DNA of 61,157 nt, filler included, from Dugesia japonica (lineage: Eukaryota), in assembly GCA_001938525.1 (NCBI GenBank). It is 5 parts of 5 records of this genome, joined end to end, with 100 filler letters (N's around TTAATTAATTAA, not from the genome) between each part and the next. Parts side by side here need not be neighbours in the genome. Positions count along the whole stretch, not along the records: positions 20,193 to 30,294 come from MQRL01600829.1; positions 30,395 to 46,488 come from MQRL01628522.1; 3 more parts are not named here. One strand, 5' to 3'. The notes under the pieces are model-generated. The model worked only from the letters and a program-made list of their open reading frames with translations. It made no database searches and was not told where the DNA came from. Below are positions 24,937-38,553 of this stretch, in pieces; the first letter of the stretch is position 1; the number at the start of each line of letters is the position of its first letter. Made by a program: the position numbers and the translations under genes.

Positions 24937-27900
24937 TCAGATAAATAAATATTAGTGAACATGGATAGCGTCTTTTAAATTATGATTTTGTTGGGTAAAG
25001 TAAATTAAGAGATTAAATTTTTAACTGAGCAGGTGAGAATTATTGCTGTCAGAGTTCAAAAATCTAAGGAGTAAGACGCGATACCACAAAGTNGCGCTGA
25101 ACCCGTGAAATAGAGGGGCATGTCACAGAAGTGACACAAATGCTTGTGGTTTTTAGGTTGCCCCTAGATATGACCATGATACAGCTAAATGAGAATGAGA
25201 TCGGAGAATTTAGAGGAAATTAAAACATCCAAATCCTAAAACCCCACATAAATATAGATATAATATTCAATAATTAATTTTTTTTGTAACTAAACTCTAT
25301 TATCTCCTTGGCCTAATTTGATTGATTGCACGTGAAGTTTTTCAAAAAAAAATTTTCTCATGGACTGAATCTGGTCTCGATGACCGAAAATCAGGTCGAT
25401 CACAAAGGTCGAACAGCGGATCCATAAAACCGAATGCGATCAAACGAAAAATCAAAAAATTGTTGTTTAAATTTTATCATTGAAAGGTATTTGGATATCA
25501 GAAAATTGTTGTTTAAATTCTAACATTGAAAGGGAAAATTATTATTAAAATTCAATCAATAAAAGGTTTTTTTGGAATTCGGAAAATTTCTATATTAAAA
25601 TTATATTGATTGAAGGTAATGAATTTGATAATTATAAAATTTTTGATAATAATAATTTGATAATAATAAATAAATTTAAATTTTTTGTTAAACAAAATTT
25701 AAATACAGGGTGCCGCAAGTAGAATTGGCGCCATTTTCTAAATGTTAAATCTTATAAAAGAAATGCATTTATATCATTATTTTATTGATAAATTTAATGT
25801 GATCAATGCTTTATTCAAAAATGGAAATATTACAAAATTTCAACAAATTTTAGNNNNNNNNNNNNNNNNNNNNNNNNNNNNNNNNNNNNNNNNNNNNNNN
25901 NNNNNNNNNNNNNNNNNNNNNNNNNNNNNNNNNNNNNNNNNNNNNNNNNNNNNNNGGTTGATTCAGTCTTTAACGTCGAACTGGTTGAAAACAGAAAAAA
26001 TCACGATCCAGCAGAACAGCGAGTTAGAACCATTTTTTGCAATATAAAATTTGAATGTACAATGTTTTTTTTTATTTTTGGATTGCTCTTGATTAACAAG
26101 TTAAAGCAATTCAGTTAAAATAAAGTTAATTGATGACTTTAATTTATTATTTAAAGATAATCTAAATTCAGTTAAATTAAATTATGTAAACTAATTTATT
26201 GATTTTAATTCGGTTGATTTAAAATTAAATTTGATTAATCTAAATTTTAATAAATAATCAAGTTCTTGAAACTAAATTTTTTTTTGTTTAATTAACTTAA
26301 TTCATTTAATTTAATGATTTAATTTCAATTGAGTTTGAATACTTTTGCTTAAATTACATTCTTTGGTTCCAAATATTTAGAAAATTCTCATTAATAGTTC
26401 ATTTTATTTAAAATTTCATTAAATTTGTTTGAATAATAATTTTACTNCGATAATGTAATAAAACAATTTTGCGATTAGGGGCCAAAATAAAGTCATTTCG
26501 TTTTTCTTTCTCGTCTATTTGAATGAAACAATAAGTTTTTACCGACGAATTAATTCACATTCAATAGGACACTAACGAAAATAATTTAAATAACAGATTA
26601 AACTAAAAATGTAGTATCACTGAATTTATTAAAAGGATTTTACTTTAAATGAGAGATTTGTTTTTATGGGAATTAAGATGGACTAACACTCTGGTCCCCT
26701 GGACCCAAATAAAATGGTGAACTCGTGCACTCCTATTAAATGGGGAGTCACCGGAGCGATCCCGAAGATGATCTTAGGGCAATCATTAAAATGCTTGCGG
26801 TTTTCATGAGCATACATCTAAGTGATTATTTTGAATATCAAACTCATGAAAACCCAACAGTATAGCCTCTAAGATATTTACTTATCACTGTAAGAATTAT
26901 TAATATAAATTAATGACTCAAATAACCTTTAAAAGATTTTTGTATAACTCAAAATTAAATTAATGAATTAAATAAGTTTCACCTTTTGAAATGCTAGGTT
27001 CAGCACATATCAATTTAATCAATTCAAATAATTAGCTTTATTGCTATAAATTTATATTTAAAATTTTTGTTGTTTTAACTGATTTTCTGATCCCTTTATA
27101 TATTAAAAAATTATAGGTCGTCCTACATCAAAATAATGAAATAAAATACCACATGATTTTTATCTTACTAATGATAGTAGATTATTTGAACTTAAAATAG
27201 AAGTAACTATAAAATCCTTTTATTTAGAAAATAATATAAATTATTATTACTATTTTTAGTAATATTTTTATAATAATTGATTACATAAATTATAACCTTA
27301 GCAGATTAAAACAACTTTATAATTAAAATTTATTAATTAATTTATTGATTATTTATTATTGTAAGCCTGACTTATAACCCAAACAAATCATCCCAAACAA
27401 TATTTACTTGTTATTATATTTACATTTTGGTACACGTGAGTTATTCTTTGGTTTTTTTAGTTGAATTCCCAAAGGTGTTGTGTTTTGAATATTATCCTAG
27501 GTGAATATGTAATCTTCGATTTGTAAATAATATTATGCATCAATTGACTAAATTTTTCTCTGATATATGGTAGTTAAATAATTGTTTTGTTTCATTTATT
27601 TGAATGATTTTTCATCATTTTGAAATGGTTTGGGGTTTTACTATATTTCATTTCACATAAATATTAATTTGGTAAGTTCCTAACTTTTGTATTATTCCCC
27701 ATTTATGATTGGTTATACCGTATTTTATTCTTTATATTAACCATTTATTATAAATTTATTTGCATTTCAACATCNNNNNNNNNNNNNNNNNNNNNNNNNN
27801 NNNNNNNNNNNNNNNNNNNNNNNNNNNNNNNNNNNNNNNNNNNNNNNNNNNNNNNNNNNNNNNNNNNNNNNNNNNNNNNNNNNNNNNNNNNNNNNNNNNN

Positions 27901-29993
27901 NNNNNNNNNNNNNNNNNNNNNNNNNNNNNNNNNNNNNNNNNNNNNNNNNNNNNNNNNNNNNNNATAGAAAATCCTGAAGACATCAAAGTTAGAATGACGA
28001 CGAGACAATAATGCAGAATTTATAGTGATAACTAACATTAAATACCATGTGTTTAATAATGTATCTCATGCGATTTCCTAAACTTAAAATAGGAATCTCA
28101 ATAAATCTATAAATGTAAATATTGTTATTATATCACATTCCTTTGTGTTATAATTACCTAATTCATGATTCGGTATAAATGCAACTTTTAATTTCGCATC
28201 AAAACACTTGAAAAAATTAGATAATATCATGTGCTATAATTAAAATATACGATGTATCTCTTAATGAAAAGTCTATGAATTTGAAGATAATTATCATGAT
28301 TGTATAATTTAATTACATTAAACTATATTTAATATCAACTTGGCTGTATATTAATCGTATTGTTTTTTCAAAATTATATGTTGCGGAATTTGTTTTTTTA
28401 TAAATAAATTAACTTTTCTTAACTTGCCAACAAATTTTGTATTATTAATAATAAAAGATCAATATTTTTNNNNNNNNNNNNNNNNNNNNNNNNNNNNNNN
28501 NNNNNNNNNNNNNNNNNNNNNNNNNNNNNNNNNNNNNNNNNNNNNNNNNNNNNNNNNNNNNNNNNNNNNNNNNNNNNNNNNNNNNNNNNNNNNNNNNNNN
28601 NNNNNNNNNNNNNNNNNNNNNNNNNNNNNNNNNNNAATACTTAGGTAAAATATTATTATAAAATGATTAACACCAATTTAAAATTAATAAGCAACTGCAA
28701 CATTGATAGATGATTAATTTACAAGCAATTACTAATAGTTCAGTAGAATCATTAACAAGAAATAATTAAACAAATAAAATGGTTAGATTTTATCAAGCTA
28801 AAATTTTTTTGTTGACAAAACAAATTTTATACATTTTAATAATTTAACCGTGAAAGCATTAAAAACACTGGGATTTAAGAAATTTAAAAATAATATTAAT
28901 TAATGAATAATTAATGATTATTATTAATAAATCAAAAAACATTGCCAACTTTTTCAACAAAGTAAGGGAACACCATTTAACTAAATATTTATTTGCAATT
29001 AATTTCAACGTTATAACCGTCATAATCAGGCAACTAAGATTTTATACTATTTATAAAGTCGAATGCTTACATAACTTCAATTATGTAATATTACTATTTC
29101 AACTATTTCGACTATGCTTTTGGATTCTGGTGCCGAGATGAAGGGAAGTCTCTCCCATTATATTTAAATTTATAGACTAGGTTTTAAAATTACTCACTTC
29201 ACAGAGATGGAAATTAATTAACCTTTGAACATTTTTTGGAATTTATAAATTGGATTTCAAATTCTACGTTATGGATTAAGATATAATATAAATCAAGTAT
29301 AAAGAAAAAAATAAACCATGTTAGATTTATGTCGAAAATTGAATAAATTTTTAATTCTGTCTCATGAAAGTTTGAAAATTCTATTATTAAAAATATTTCG
29401 TGTATAAATTTTTTAAAACACGTGTTTTTAAAAACATTGAATTATTTATCAAAAAATAATAAACAAAATAAAGATTATTTGATATCGAAAAAAGTTTATC
29501 GAAAAATATTAAGGTTTGTAAATTTGATAAATGGTTTTATAATGGCTTTATAATTCTGCATCATTTGGGATTCCATTGAAAAATTGTTCTCTATCTTAAA
29601 TAGTTCTCATTTTTCGAAAACTGGTCAATTGAAAACAAATGGTAAATTTCCACTTTTGAAAAATAAGTGATATCAGCGCAATATGAATAAGAGACTAATT
29701 CGTCGTTCTTGATCCTCTTCTACTTTTATCAAAGCAGATAAGAGTCTAAATAAATTAATTGGAGTACTTCATTAAAGTGGGTATTATAAATTGTTTACAG
29801 ACAAATTAGTCTATCAAACTTTGAATAAACTAAATAGTTATTTGCCGTCTGTNAGTGATGTAGAAACAAATCCTAAAAATGTTTTATCAATAACTTATTC
29901 TGAAGGTTTTAAAAAATTTCAATTAAAAATGCACTTATGGATATTTTAAATATAAAAGTTATATTACAATCTCATAATATGCGTTTTTATCTG

Positions 29994-30240
29994 GTCTATC
30001 AATTTAATTGTAATGAGTGTAACTACACATACATTGTAGAGACTTCCACTCATCTCTGCACCAGAGTCGAAGAACATAGTCGAAATAGTTGAAATAGTAA
30101 TATTGTTGAATATTGAAGAAAATGTTTTCTGATTTTAAAATCTTGTGCAGTGGATTTAATAATTATTGGCAGAGTGATGTATGAAGCTTTGTTGATATGG
30201 ACATTCAATCCTAAAATTAATGTTCAGTTGACGAATTAAA
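29994..30240 (+). mobile_element. Penelope-like element GIY-YIG endonuclease remnant
   Basis: VYQFNCNECNYTYIVETSTHLCTRVEEH, then ..RVMYEALLIWTFNPKINVQ. Degenerate upstream sequence to about 29400 probably belongs to it. Confidence 0.75.
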
Positions 30241-30294
30241 CATCGCTCTTAAAATTATTTTATTTATTATTTATTGAGATTGCACAATTGAAGT

Positions 30295-30394
30295 NNNNNN
30301 NNNNNNNNNNNNNNNNNNNNNNNNNNNNNNNNNNNNNNTTAATTAATTAANNNNNNNNNNNNNNNNNNNNNNNNNNNNNNNNNNNNNNNNNNNN
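30295..30394. other. Artificial scaffold linker
   Basis: 44N-TTAATTAATTAA-44N. Confidence 0.97.
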
Positions 30395-30545
30395 ATTTTT
30401 TTTATTTGATAAAATTATTTTTTATTTGATAAAATAATTTCCTTGAAAAAGTATTTTTATTTGAAAAAATATTTTTTTTTGATAAAATAATTTTTTTATT
30501 TGAAAAAAATATTTTTATTTGACAAAGTAATTATTTTATGCGAGA
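30395..30545. repeat. AT-rich minisatellite of about 19-20 bp, reverse orientation of the 39.5-41 kb array
   Basis: Repeated TTTATTTGATAAAA(T/A)TATTTT units. Confidence 0.75.
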
Positions 30546-30574
30546 AAACCCTGAAAAGAGATTATCAATCCACA

Positions 30575-31754
30575 TTATTGCTGGAGAAGTACAATACAAT
30601 ATTCACATCTAAAATTGAGTATAAACACGCTTCAAAGTATAAAATAAAGCATTAAAAAATAAACCAAACAAAATTAAAATAATCCACCAATAAGATAATC
30701 GTAATTAATTCGTAATCAATCAATTGCAAAGTTATAATTTTATTATTATTATTATTATTATTGCGTAATATTTTGGAATCTGAATATTTATCCAAGGCAG
30801 AAATATTTTACTGATTATTCAATCAAAAAGATATCAATCAATCAATCAATCAATCGAATCGACTAACCCCATTTCTCGTCGCATCAAAGTAATTTTCGTA
30901 TTCCCCGATTTAAGATAATTGAAAGTGATACATTTCATCGGTGAGATGCGATTGGATTTCCTGACAACTGGAGATAACAATCTCACAGCATTGAGATTTT
31001 CACTGGAAGAACTAGAACTTTCGACATTCTCCACACTAATACAAATCCCATTAGTTCTAGATTCAGAATTCTTCTCTTTTCGATGATGATTCAACATGTT
31101 CAAATTTGTAACTTTCCAATTGGCGATCCAATTGTTTCCGTCATTGGTCCATTGACAGAAACCAGACTCAAACTGGCAGTCGATATTCCAGGAATTATCT
31201 TGTCCTAGATGAATTCTATTGTTCAGTGGCGGATGAAAAAACGGATGGATTCGGCAGTTTCTTTTTTTATTTATTTAAAATGGAGATTATCAAGTTTTAT
31301 TGATTAAGAAATTATTTAACCTCTTTCGTTATAATTAGAGGATCGTTTTGAATTTCTTTTCATTTGTAAATTACATTTTAATTATATGTTACTGTTTTTT
31401 TCAAATTTGTACAAATAAAATGCTTAGTCATCGTTTATACAAAATATAAATCCGCCACTGAAATACTTTCATATAAAATTAATTATTTAGTATCTTATTT
31501 CGATTAGTATTTTTCATTAGGAATTTCTATTACATCATAGAAATAATTTTATTAGTAATTATTTTCCCGGTAACTTGATACATGAAAGCATTTCCTCAAC
31601 ACTACCCGTATTTTAATTTTTACTAATTAAATCATATTTTATAGTTCCAAGCAACGAGCCTTGTTCTCAGTGCATTAAAAATTTCATATTAAAAATAAAA
31701 CATACCTGTAGCATATCCCATAATACAAAGTAGTAAAATCGTTTTTAGTATCAT
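30575..31754 (-). CDS. Secreted MAM-domain protein (exons 31754-31706, 31204-30868, probable last exon 30608-30575)
   Basis: Phases fit (1, then 2). MILKTILLLCIMGYATG signal peptide; CQFESGFCQWTND..W and RLLSPVV..KCITFNY are MAM hallmarks; last exon GCEYCIVLLQQ* is less certain. Confidence 0.75.
31224..31460. mobile_element. hAT-type MITE in intron 1 of the MAM gene
   Basis: TIRs CAGTGGCGGAT...ATCCGCCACTG. Confidence 0.75.
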
Positions 31755-32879
31755 CTAAACATAAATTGTCTTAAAAATTTTACTAAAATCAAATAAATTA
31801 ATATATAAATATTTCAATTATATAAATAAAATTTGTAAGAAAAATAGTAAACGGTACATAAAGTTCTAAGTAAATTATAATAATAATAAACAATTAAAGA
31901 AAATAAATAAATTTAAAAACGAAATTAAAAGGTTGACACGTATTTTAGATATATATGAAATATTGAAGATAATTTTTAAAATTTTAATTTTAATATCTAC
32001 AGGTTATAAATGAAAACTAACCGTTAACAAAGACAAAATTTTAAATAATTTAGAATGAGTAATAAAAGTTAAATTTCGCAGATAAAATTAATGAATTCTA
32101 ATATATAAAAACAAAGAAGACAAAATTTCGTTAAAATTAAAATATTTTGAATTATATCTCAAAACCTTAATTTTAAGAAAGAAAAACCTTTAAAAAATAG
32201 AATTAAATAATTTACTTTGATGAGATGGGCAAACGAAATTTATAAAATATTTTTTTACAATTGGATGTTTTGAAACGGAATTTATTATATAGCTTTGGTG
32301 AAATAAATTTCAAGATTATGTAATCATTACATTTTTGAATCTTAATCAAATGACAATCAATGTTATCTAATAAAACTGAATGAAAAACGTCAATGAAGCC
32401 ATACAATTTTTAAGTGCATGACAAATGTGGTCTTGCTTTTACAATCTCTGATTCCAGAAATTCGTTCCTTGAAAAATAAGATCCAATAATAGATCAAGCG
32501 TTTTAGATGTATACCATAGAAGATATTTTAAAAAATCTATGTAACTGTTTGATTCTTGAGGATTTTATAAGTTTTTATGAGGTTTTAATTACTTTTTTAT
32601 TCCTTGATTCGATTTTCTTTTCATCCAATATTAATTTATTTCCAAATATTGATTTCCTTCTTGATAAAAGCAGATAGCTTATAAGCCGTTAGTTTTCCAA
32701 CAAATATCGTTTCTCTGGAATCATTGGATATTATTTGCTGTATTGTCTTGATTGATCTAAAAACACTCAAGTATTTCAAGAAACAATATTTTTGAGTTTT
32801 CACAAATTAATTTTATTTATCTACCTTCTTTTCTATTTCAAACTGTTTAAAACCTTGCTTATTACTTGCTAGCAGAGAT

Positions 32880-33220
32880 AATTTTCTTTTAGTGTGCATT
32901 TCATTGATTTCCAACAACAATGTATTTTGGTCGACTTTCAAAACTTTTGATTTTATTTCTTAAGCCTGATCGTTCTGTACCCATAAGAACTACTTCTCCG
33001 CAGACTTTTTTTTATTTCTCGAATTTCGGCTTTTAATTTATTATAATCATCTTTTGTAATTTGATCTATTTGATTGATTTCTTTTGAAACCGGACTAAAT
33101 GTAATATTTTTTGTGGAATTGAAGCTTATGTTTTGGCAAGCCCTTGACAAATGACCATATGACCACAATTGTAACATTGAATGCATTCTTTTCTATTAAT
33201 TGCATCTTTTTCATTGTTTG
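32880..33220 (-). mobile_element. gag zinc-knuckle remnant of an older element interrupted by the 33226-36706 insertion
   Basis: Frameshifted CX2CX4HX4C: QCYNC / WSYGHLSRAC, followed by a coiled-coil-like stretch. Confidence 0.6.
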
Positions 33221-33225
33221 AGTAA

Positions 33226-36200
33226 TGTTAGCCGCTGCTATACTTTCTGCAGTTTCCATCTATAAATATTTATTAATAAGTTACAATTAAGTCTAGTAAA
33301 AAATTTATTCAAACAAAATAGCAATATTAAAATAATTAATTGTTTTAATTATTTTCTTGTTTTTAATTGAAATTTCTTCAATTATTATTAAATAAAATTT
33401 TTATGTATAATATTAAAACATCCACATTCTTTAAGAAATTTCATATTTTCCACAATTCTGTATATTACTCTTTCTTGCTTGTCTTCTAGCTTGTACCTTC
33501 TTTCATGGATCTTTTCCTTTATCTCCTATGGGCCATTGTATCTTACCTTGTCCTTTGATCGTACTTCGATTTTCACCAATACTTTCTGACCAATTTTGAA
33601 AGCTCTGCGGTTTGGGTATAATTTTGCTATTGGTTTCTTTTTTTTTTCATGAAAGTTATCTCCTTATGATCAGTTCGTTGGATGAATCGTCTACTGTATA
33701 GATAATATCGGAAACTATTACAACAGTAGTATATTGCCAACAATTTTTTCTTGATTATGCAATATCCTTTTTCATGCGCGTTCATTGAATGGGACTTGTT
33801 GTAATAGCACAGCCTCGATGCTGTTAAAGCTTGCATCAGTGTCTAATATGAAATCTTTATTTCTGTCTGGAAAACTTAGCACTGCTTTTTTATTTAGGCC
33901 TGTTTCAATTCTTGAAATGCCTCGTTGCATATTGGCGTCCATATTAGCTTGTCTTTGTTTCTGCCACATAATTCTTCTAATGCTTTGACTTTTGTAGAAT
34001 ATCTCTTGATGAATTTTCGGTAGTAGTTACACATACCTAGAAAGCTTCTGACTTGTTTTGTACATTTACGCCTCTCAAAGTTCTGTATACTTTCTATTTT
34101 TGTAGGATCTGTTCGGATCCCATTTTCGTTCAAGATATGTACTAGAAACTTTACCTCTTTCCTAGAACTTTACCTGCGTTTCTTGGGGTTGATACGTAAT
34201 CCAGCTTTTGTTACTTCTTTTAGCACAGTGTCCAGTGTTTTGAAATGGTCTGTGGCATTATCGGAATAAATTAAAATATCATCCATCTACACCATAGCTA
34301 CAGGTGTGCTCCATAGTGCGTTTGTCATCAATTTCTGGAATGTATTTGGCGCTTCTGCAATTCTGAATGGCATCCTTGTGAAACAGTATTGACCTTTTTT
34401 GGTTGAGAACGCTGTTTTTTTCTGTGACGATTCCTCCAATTTAACCTGATAATACTCATTGCCTAGGTCAATTGTGCTAAAAATAATTTGGCTCCATTTA
34501 ATCTATCTAGAAGATCCTCTGTGTTTGTCATTGGATATGCTTGTCTCTCCGATATTTAGTTCAGCTGGCGAATGTCTAAACATAATCTCAGCTTTTTCTT
34601 TTCTTTATTCCATATGCAAACCAGTGGCATATTCCATCTTGAATTACATTTCTTGATGATGCCGTTCTCTTCTAAGCTCTGTAGGGTGATTTTAATTTCG
34701 AATTCTAAGTTCATCGGTTGACGCCATGGCCTTATGTTTTTGGCTATCCTTTCGTTATTATTTTATGCTTCACGAGCATGGTACACCCAATATCTCAATT
34801 GTCAGCAATGAAGGCTCGTCTATTAGCTACTATTATCTTTCGTGCTTCTTTGTATGGTTGAATTATCTTTATGGCCTGCTGCTCCCGTTCTTCGTCCAAT
34901 ATGACTCTTCTAAATTTTGCTTCGAAAACACCAATGTATGTCTCATTCTCTTCGCTTGATCTTCTTTGTAACTCAAAGTCGAATTGCTGTTGTAACTCAT
35001 TTCTTCCTATGATATCTGGACACGCCTGTTTTTCTATTGTATTATTAATCATTTCTCTTTGTTGTCCAATACATGTCTCAACCACAACCTGTCCTAACGT
35101 TTTCAGTATCGTATTGTTAGCACATCGTAATTTTACATCTGCTTTCTGTATTACTATATTGCTCATTTCCTTAAAAACTCTGTCGCTCATCAAGTTAATT
35201 TTTGCTCCTGTGTCCAACAGACAATCGAATGGCTTATCTTGAATTTCCGTCTCGATACTAGGCCTATCTTGCATTCTATCATATGATATCTGTACTCCTT
35301 TCCATTCTTTAACTGTTATTATTTCCGCTTCTCGATTTTTTCCACTGTGTTTCTCTTTCTACTTCTATCTTCCCTTACACTGCCGCTTCCGGGACTCACA
35401 GCGTGGTCTCCGTTGCGAGTAATAATTTTCATTGTGTTTAGTATAAGGCTCCTATCATCTCGTCTTCTGACGGAGCCCTCCCATTTGGGTGCCTATTTTC
35501 ATTGTATTTGCTTCCCGATCTGTCATCTTCGTATTCGTATATTTCTCTGTTAGGTGATTCGTCTCTGACTACTTCTTTGATATTTCGGCCATTGTTTCGT
35601 CTTGATGTATCGTTCTGTGTCAACCTTTTATTGTTTGAATCTCTATTATCATCCCATTTTCCTCTATCATACTTGGCCAGTTTATTTATCTGTTGAATCC
35701 TTCCGTCTGACGTTCTACATTCATTTGCTCGATATCCATTAAGTGTACACTTTTGGAATTTTATCTTCGTGCAAAAACGTCTTATGTGTTCGGTCGATCC
35801 GCAACATTTTTTTATTGATCTTGATGGCAGTCTTTTCTTATATGCCCCAGCTTATTGCAACCGTAACATAATATCTCCTTTTGTTTATTGTCCATCAGCA
35901 TTGGATTTCTGCTTGTCTGGTATTCTTCTCGCCGTTTGAAATTATTTTATTGTTGGTTATTGTTCATTAGGGCTCCTCTGCGACTGGGACGGATTGCATT
36001 TATTGACTCTTTATCCTCAATTCTATCAACGCTTCGTATAAGCGTAATAATGCCGTCCGAATCTTTAATGTTTTGGATTGCTACATTTTTCATAATTTCG
36101 CCGCTATACAACAATGCCTAAGAAGTTATTTCCTAATTTCTTCCTTATCGTTGTATGTCATCAGTAACTCAACCATCTTGTCAATTTCTTCCACAAAGCT

Positions 36201-36706
36201 GTCAACATCCTCTTCTTGTCGTCTCTATGATAATACACTTTCAATATCCTTTACAAATGACTTTTCCTTGACGAATAAACGTCTTAGTCTATCTTCGTAA
36301 CCATGTCCATCATCGGTTTCTTCGAATCTTCTCATTTTATCATCAAGTAGGCCTACAATTACGAGTTCTCTGGTACCTTTAGATACGTTTGCTGCATCGA
36401 ATTACTTTCGGCATTCGATTATAAACTTTTCTCAACGTCATTTCCTTTATGACGTTTTTGGCATCAAAGCTTGTACGAACAGGTCCTTTGTCGCACTTGC
36501 GTGAAATGCCATATTAACCGCTGCTATACTTTCTGCAGTTTCCATCTATAAATATTTATTAATAAGTTATAATTAAGTCTAGTGAAAAATTTATTCTAAC
36601 AAAATAACAATATTAAAACAATTAATTGTTTATTTATTTTTTTTATTGAAATTTCTACAATTATTATTAAATAAAATTTGATGTATAATATTAAAACATC
36701 CTAACA
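33226..36706 (-). mobile_element. Degenerate Ty3/gypsy LTR retrotransposon (gag-PR-RT-RNaseH, integrase absent)
   Basis: LTRs of about 195 bp (33226-33426; about 36513-36706) with TG...CA outer ends. TSD AGTAA at 33221-33225 and 36707-36711. Protease LLDTGA, RT V*MDD and RSFLGMCNYYRKFI, RNaseH FILDTDAS and QRTDHK. Confidence 0.93.
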
Positions 36707-36711
36707 AGTAA

Positions 36712-37687
36712 TATGAGCTGAGCTGTCTATCACTGATTTCATTTCTTTCATTAATATTATTTCAGGAACAACTGTTTATATTATCATATTTACCATTAAT
36801 ATCATGTCGATTTCTATATTTATCATTTGTGCAATTTCTGTTATCATATATATCATCATCAATATCAATAATATTAATTTACCATTCTTTATTTATACTT
36901 CTGTAACTAGACTCAATTCGTCTTGTTTTCATTGTTACTTCATATACATTCTGGTAATACATTCTGGTCAATTATTTAAATTTTGTCACATGATTTCTTT
37001 ATATTGGTGGTTATTTTGGGATTCCAAAATTATTAGTCAATCTTCAAACCCTTGTAACCTCTTTCTGGATCTTGTTACGATTTTCTAACTTGAATTTTCG
37101 AACTCCCCAATTTTTTCTTGTCCAAAATTTTCTTAACTGCTAATTTTAACTCTATCTGAAACCTTCATTTTCTTATTTGTTGATAAATAATTTATTTTCT
37201 GCTTCAAAATAGATCATTTTAATTCAAAGGATTTATTTTATTTAAATAAATAAATTATTTTTGTTATTTTCTTCATAAAATTTAATTTGATGTTCATTTT
37301 TCTTTTTTGATTTAGAATTAATTTAACTTAACTGTTTTTTTCATTTANTAATTTATTTTCCTTTCTTTGATTATTCATTCAATTGACTTTCTTTATTCTT
37401 GACTAATCAACACCTGTTTAGCTGTGAGTATTATTTTCTTTGTTTTGATGGTTACCTTTATTATCGCCTTTCTTCCTTTAACTATCCTTTCTCTTCGTTG
37501 TTCCTATCGTAATTCTACATTCTGCATAAGTTCAACTTCCTGGTCCATTTTCTTTTTTCCATTGTTTCCACTGAACTATATACTTCTCATATCTGAATAC
37601 CACATTTTTGTTACTTATGACAATCTTTAAAATTTTGCGTTTACTTACTCGATTTTATTTTCTGTATTACGGTGTTTCACCCCAACA
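36712..37687 (-). mobile_element. LTR-like terminal region (TGTTGGGGTGAAACACC), same family as 15300-16540
   Basis: Identical 17-nt terminus and internal similarity to 15300-15767 and 16260-16360. Confidence 0.6.
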
Positions 37688-38553
37688 TCTGTATGAATTT
37701 TTAATAAGCATAGGATATACGATATTCGTTCAAATCAAACCATGTAGAATACGCTGTTTACCGATGTATACATTCCATCAAAGCCCAAATCATAATTTTC
37801 GAAGAAATCAAAAGAGTTACTGGACAAATATCACTGAACCCAAATTTTAAGTAAAATTATATCTTAATGAATACATGTAGAAATTATTATATGTATTTGT
37901 ATATGTAACTGAATAAACAATAATTTTTTTCGGAAATATAGATTCGTTTCATTATCATCCTATAATTTGACAATANNNNNNNNNNNNNNNNNNNNNNNNN
38001 NNNNNNNNNNNNNNNNNNNNNNNNNNNNNNNNNNNNNNNNNNNNNNNNNNNNNNNNNNNNNNNNNNNNNNNNNNNNNNNNNNNNNNNNNNNNNNNNNNNN
38101 NNNNNNNNNNNNNNNNNNNNATGATATTTATTCAGTAATATGCTGTAAAATGAATTGGAAAATGCTTTAGTTTTAAATAATCAAAGATTTTTGTAAATCT
38201 TCTGAAAAATTAACTTTTTCTTAAATTTATAAGAAAAAACTATTTATATTAATTGCGTATTTTTTTTAACCGAAATTTCATTTCTTGCATAATAAATAAA
38301 CTGCTCATTGATTAAAAAAATCCTAATAATAAATAAGTGTCCGTATTATTAATACAATTAACCAAAGCGATATAACTAAAATATTAAATTCATTAAAATT
38401 TGCTAGGTCTTAAATATTAAAGTTAAAAATATTCAAATTAATAAAGATCGGAGTTGTTTAAATATGTAAATTATGTTTACTTGTTTTTATTACTTTGTTT
38501 GAATTATTTTTCTTATTCTTTTAATATTTTCTCTAGAAAATGTAAAATAAATT

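Noticed and set aside
23129-25248. TGTTAGG...ACCCCACA as the ends of the element carrying cassette copy 3
   Set aside because: The flanks do not form a TSD; boundaries unsupported.
27970-28005. CTGAAGA...CGAGAC as a possible Penelope hammerhead ribozyme (also 48301)
   Set aside because: No convincing stems or GAAA core; the 48301 hit lies inside a hAT remnant.
21710-28648. ORF-track entries spanning N runs (also 37967, 43081-43416)
   Set aside because: Open only because of Ns.
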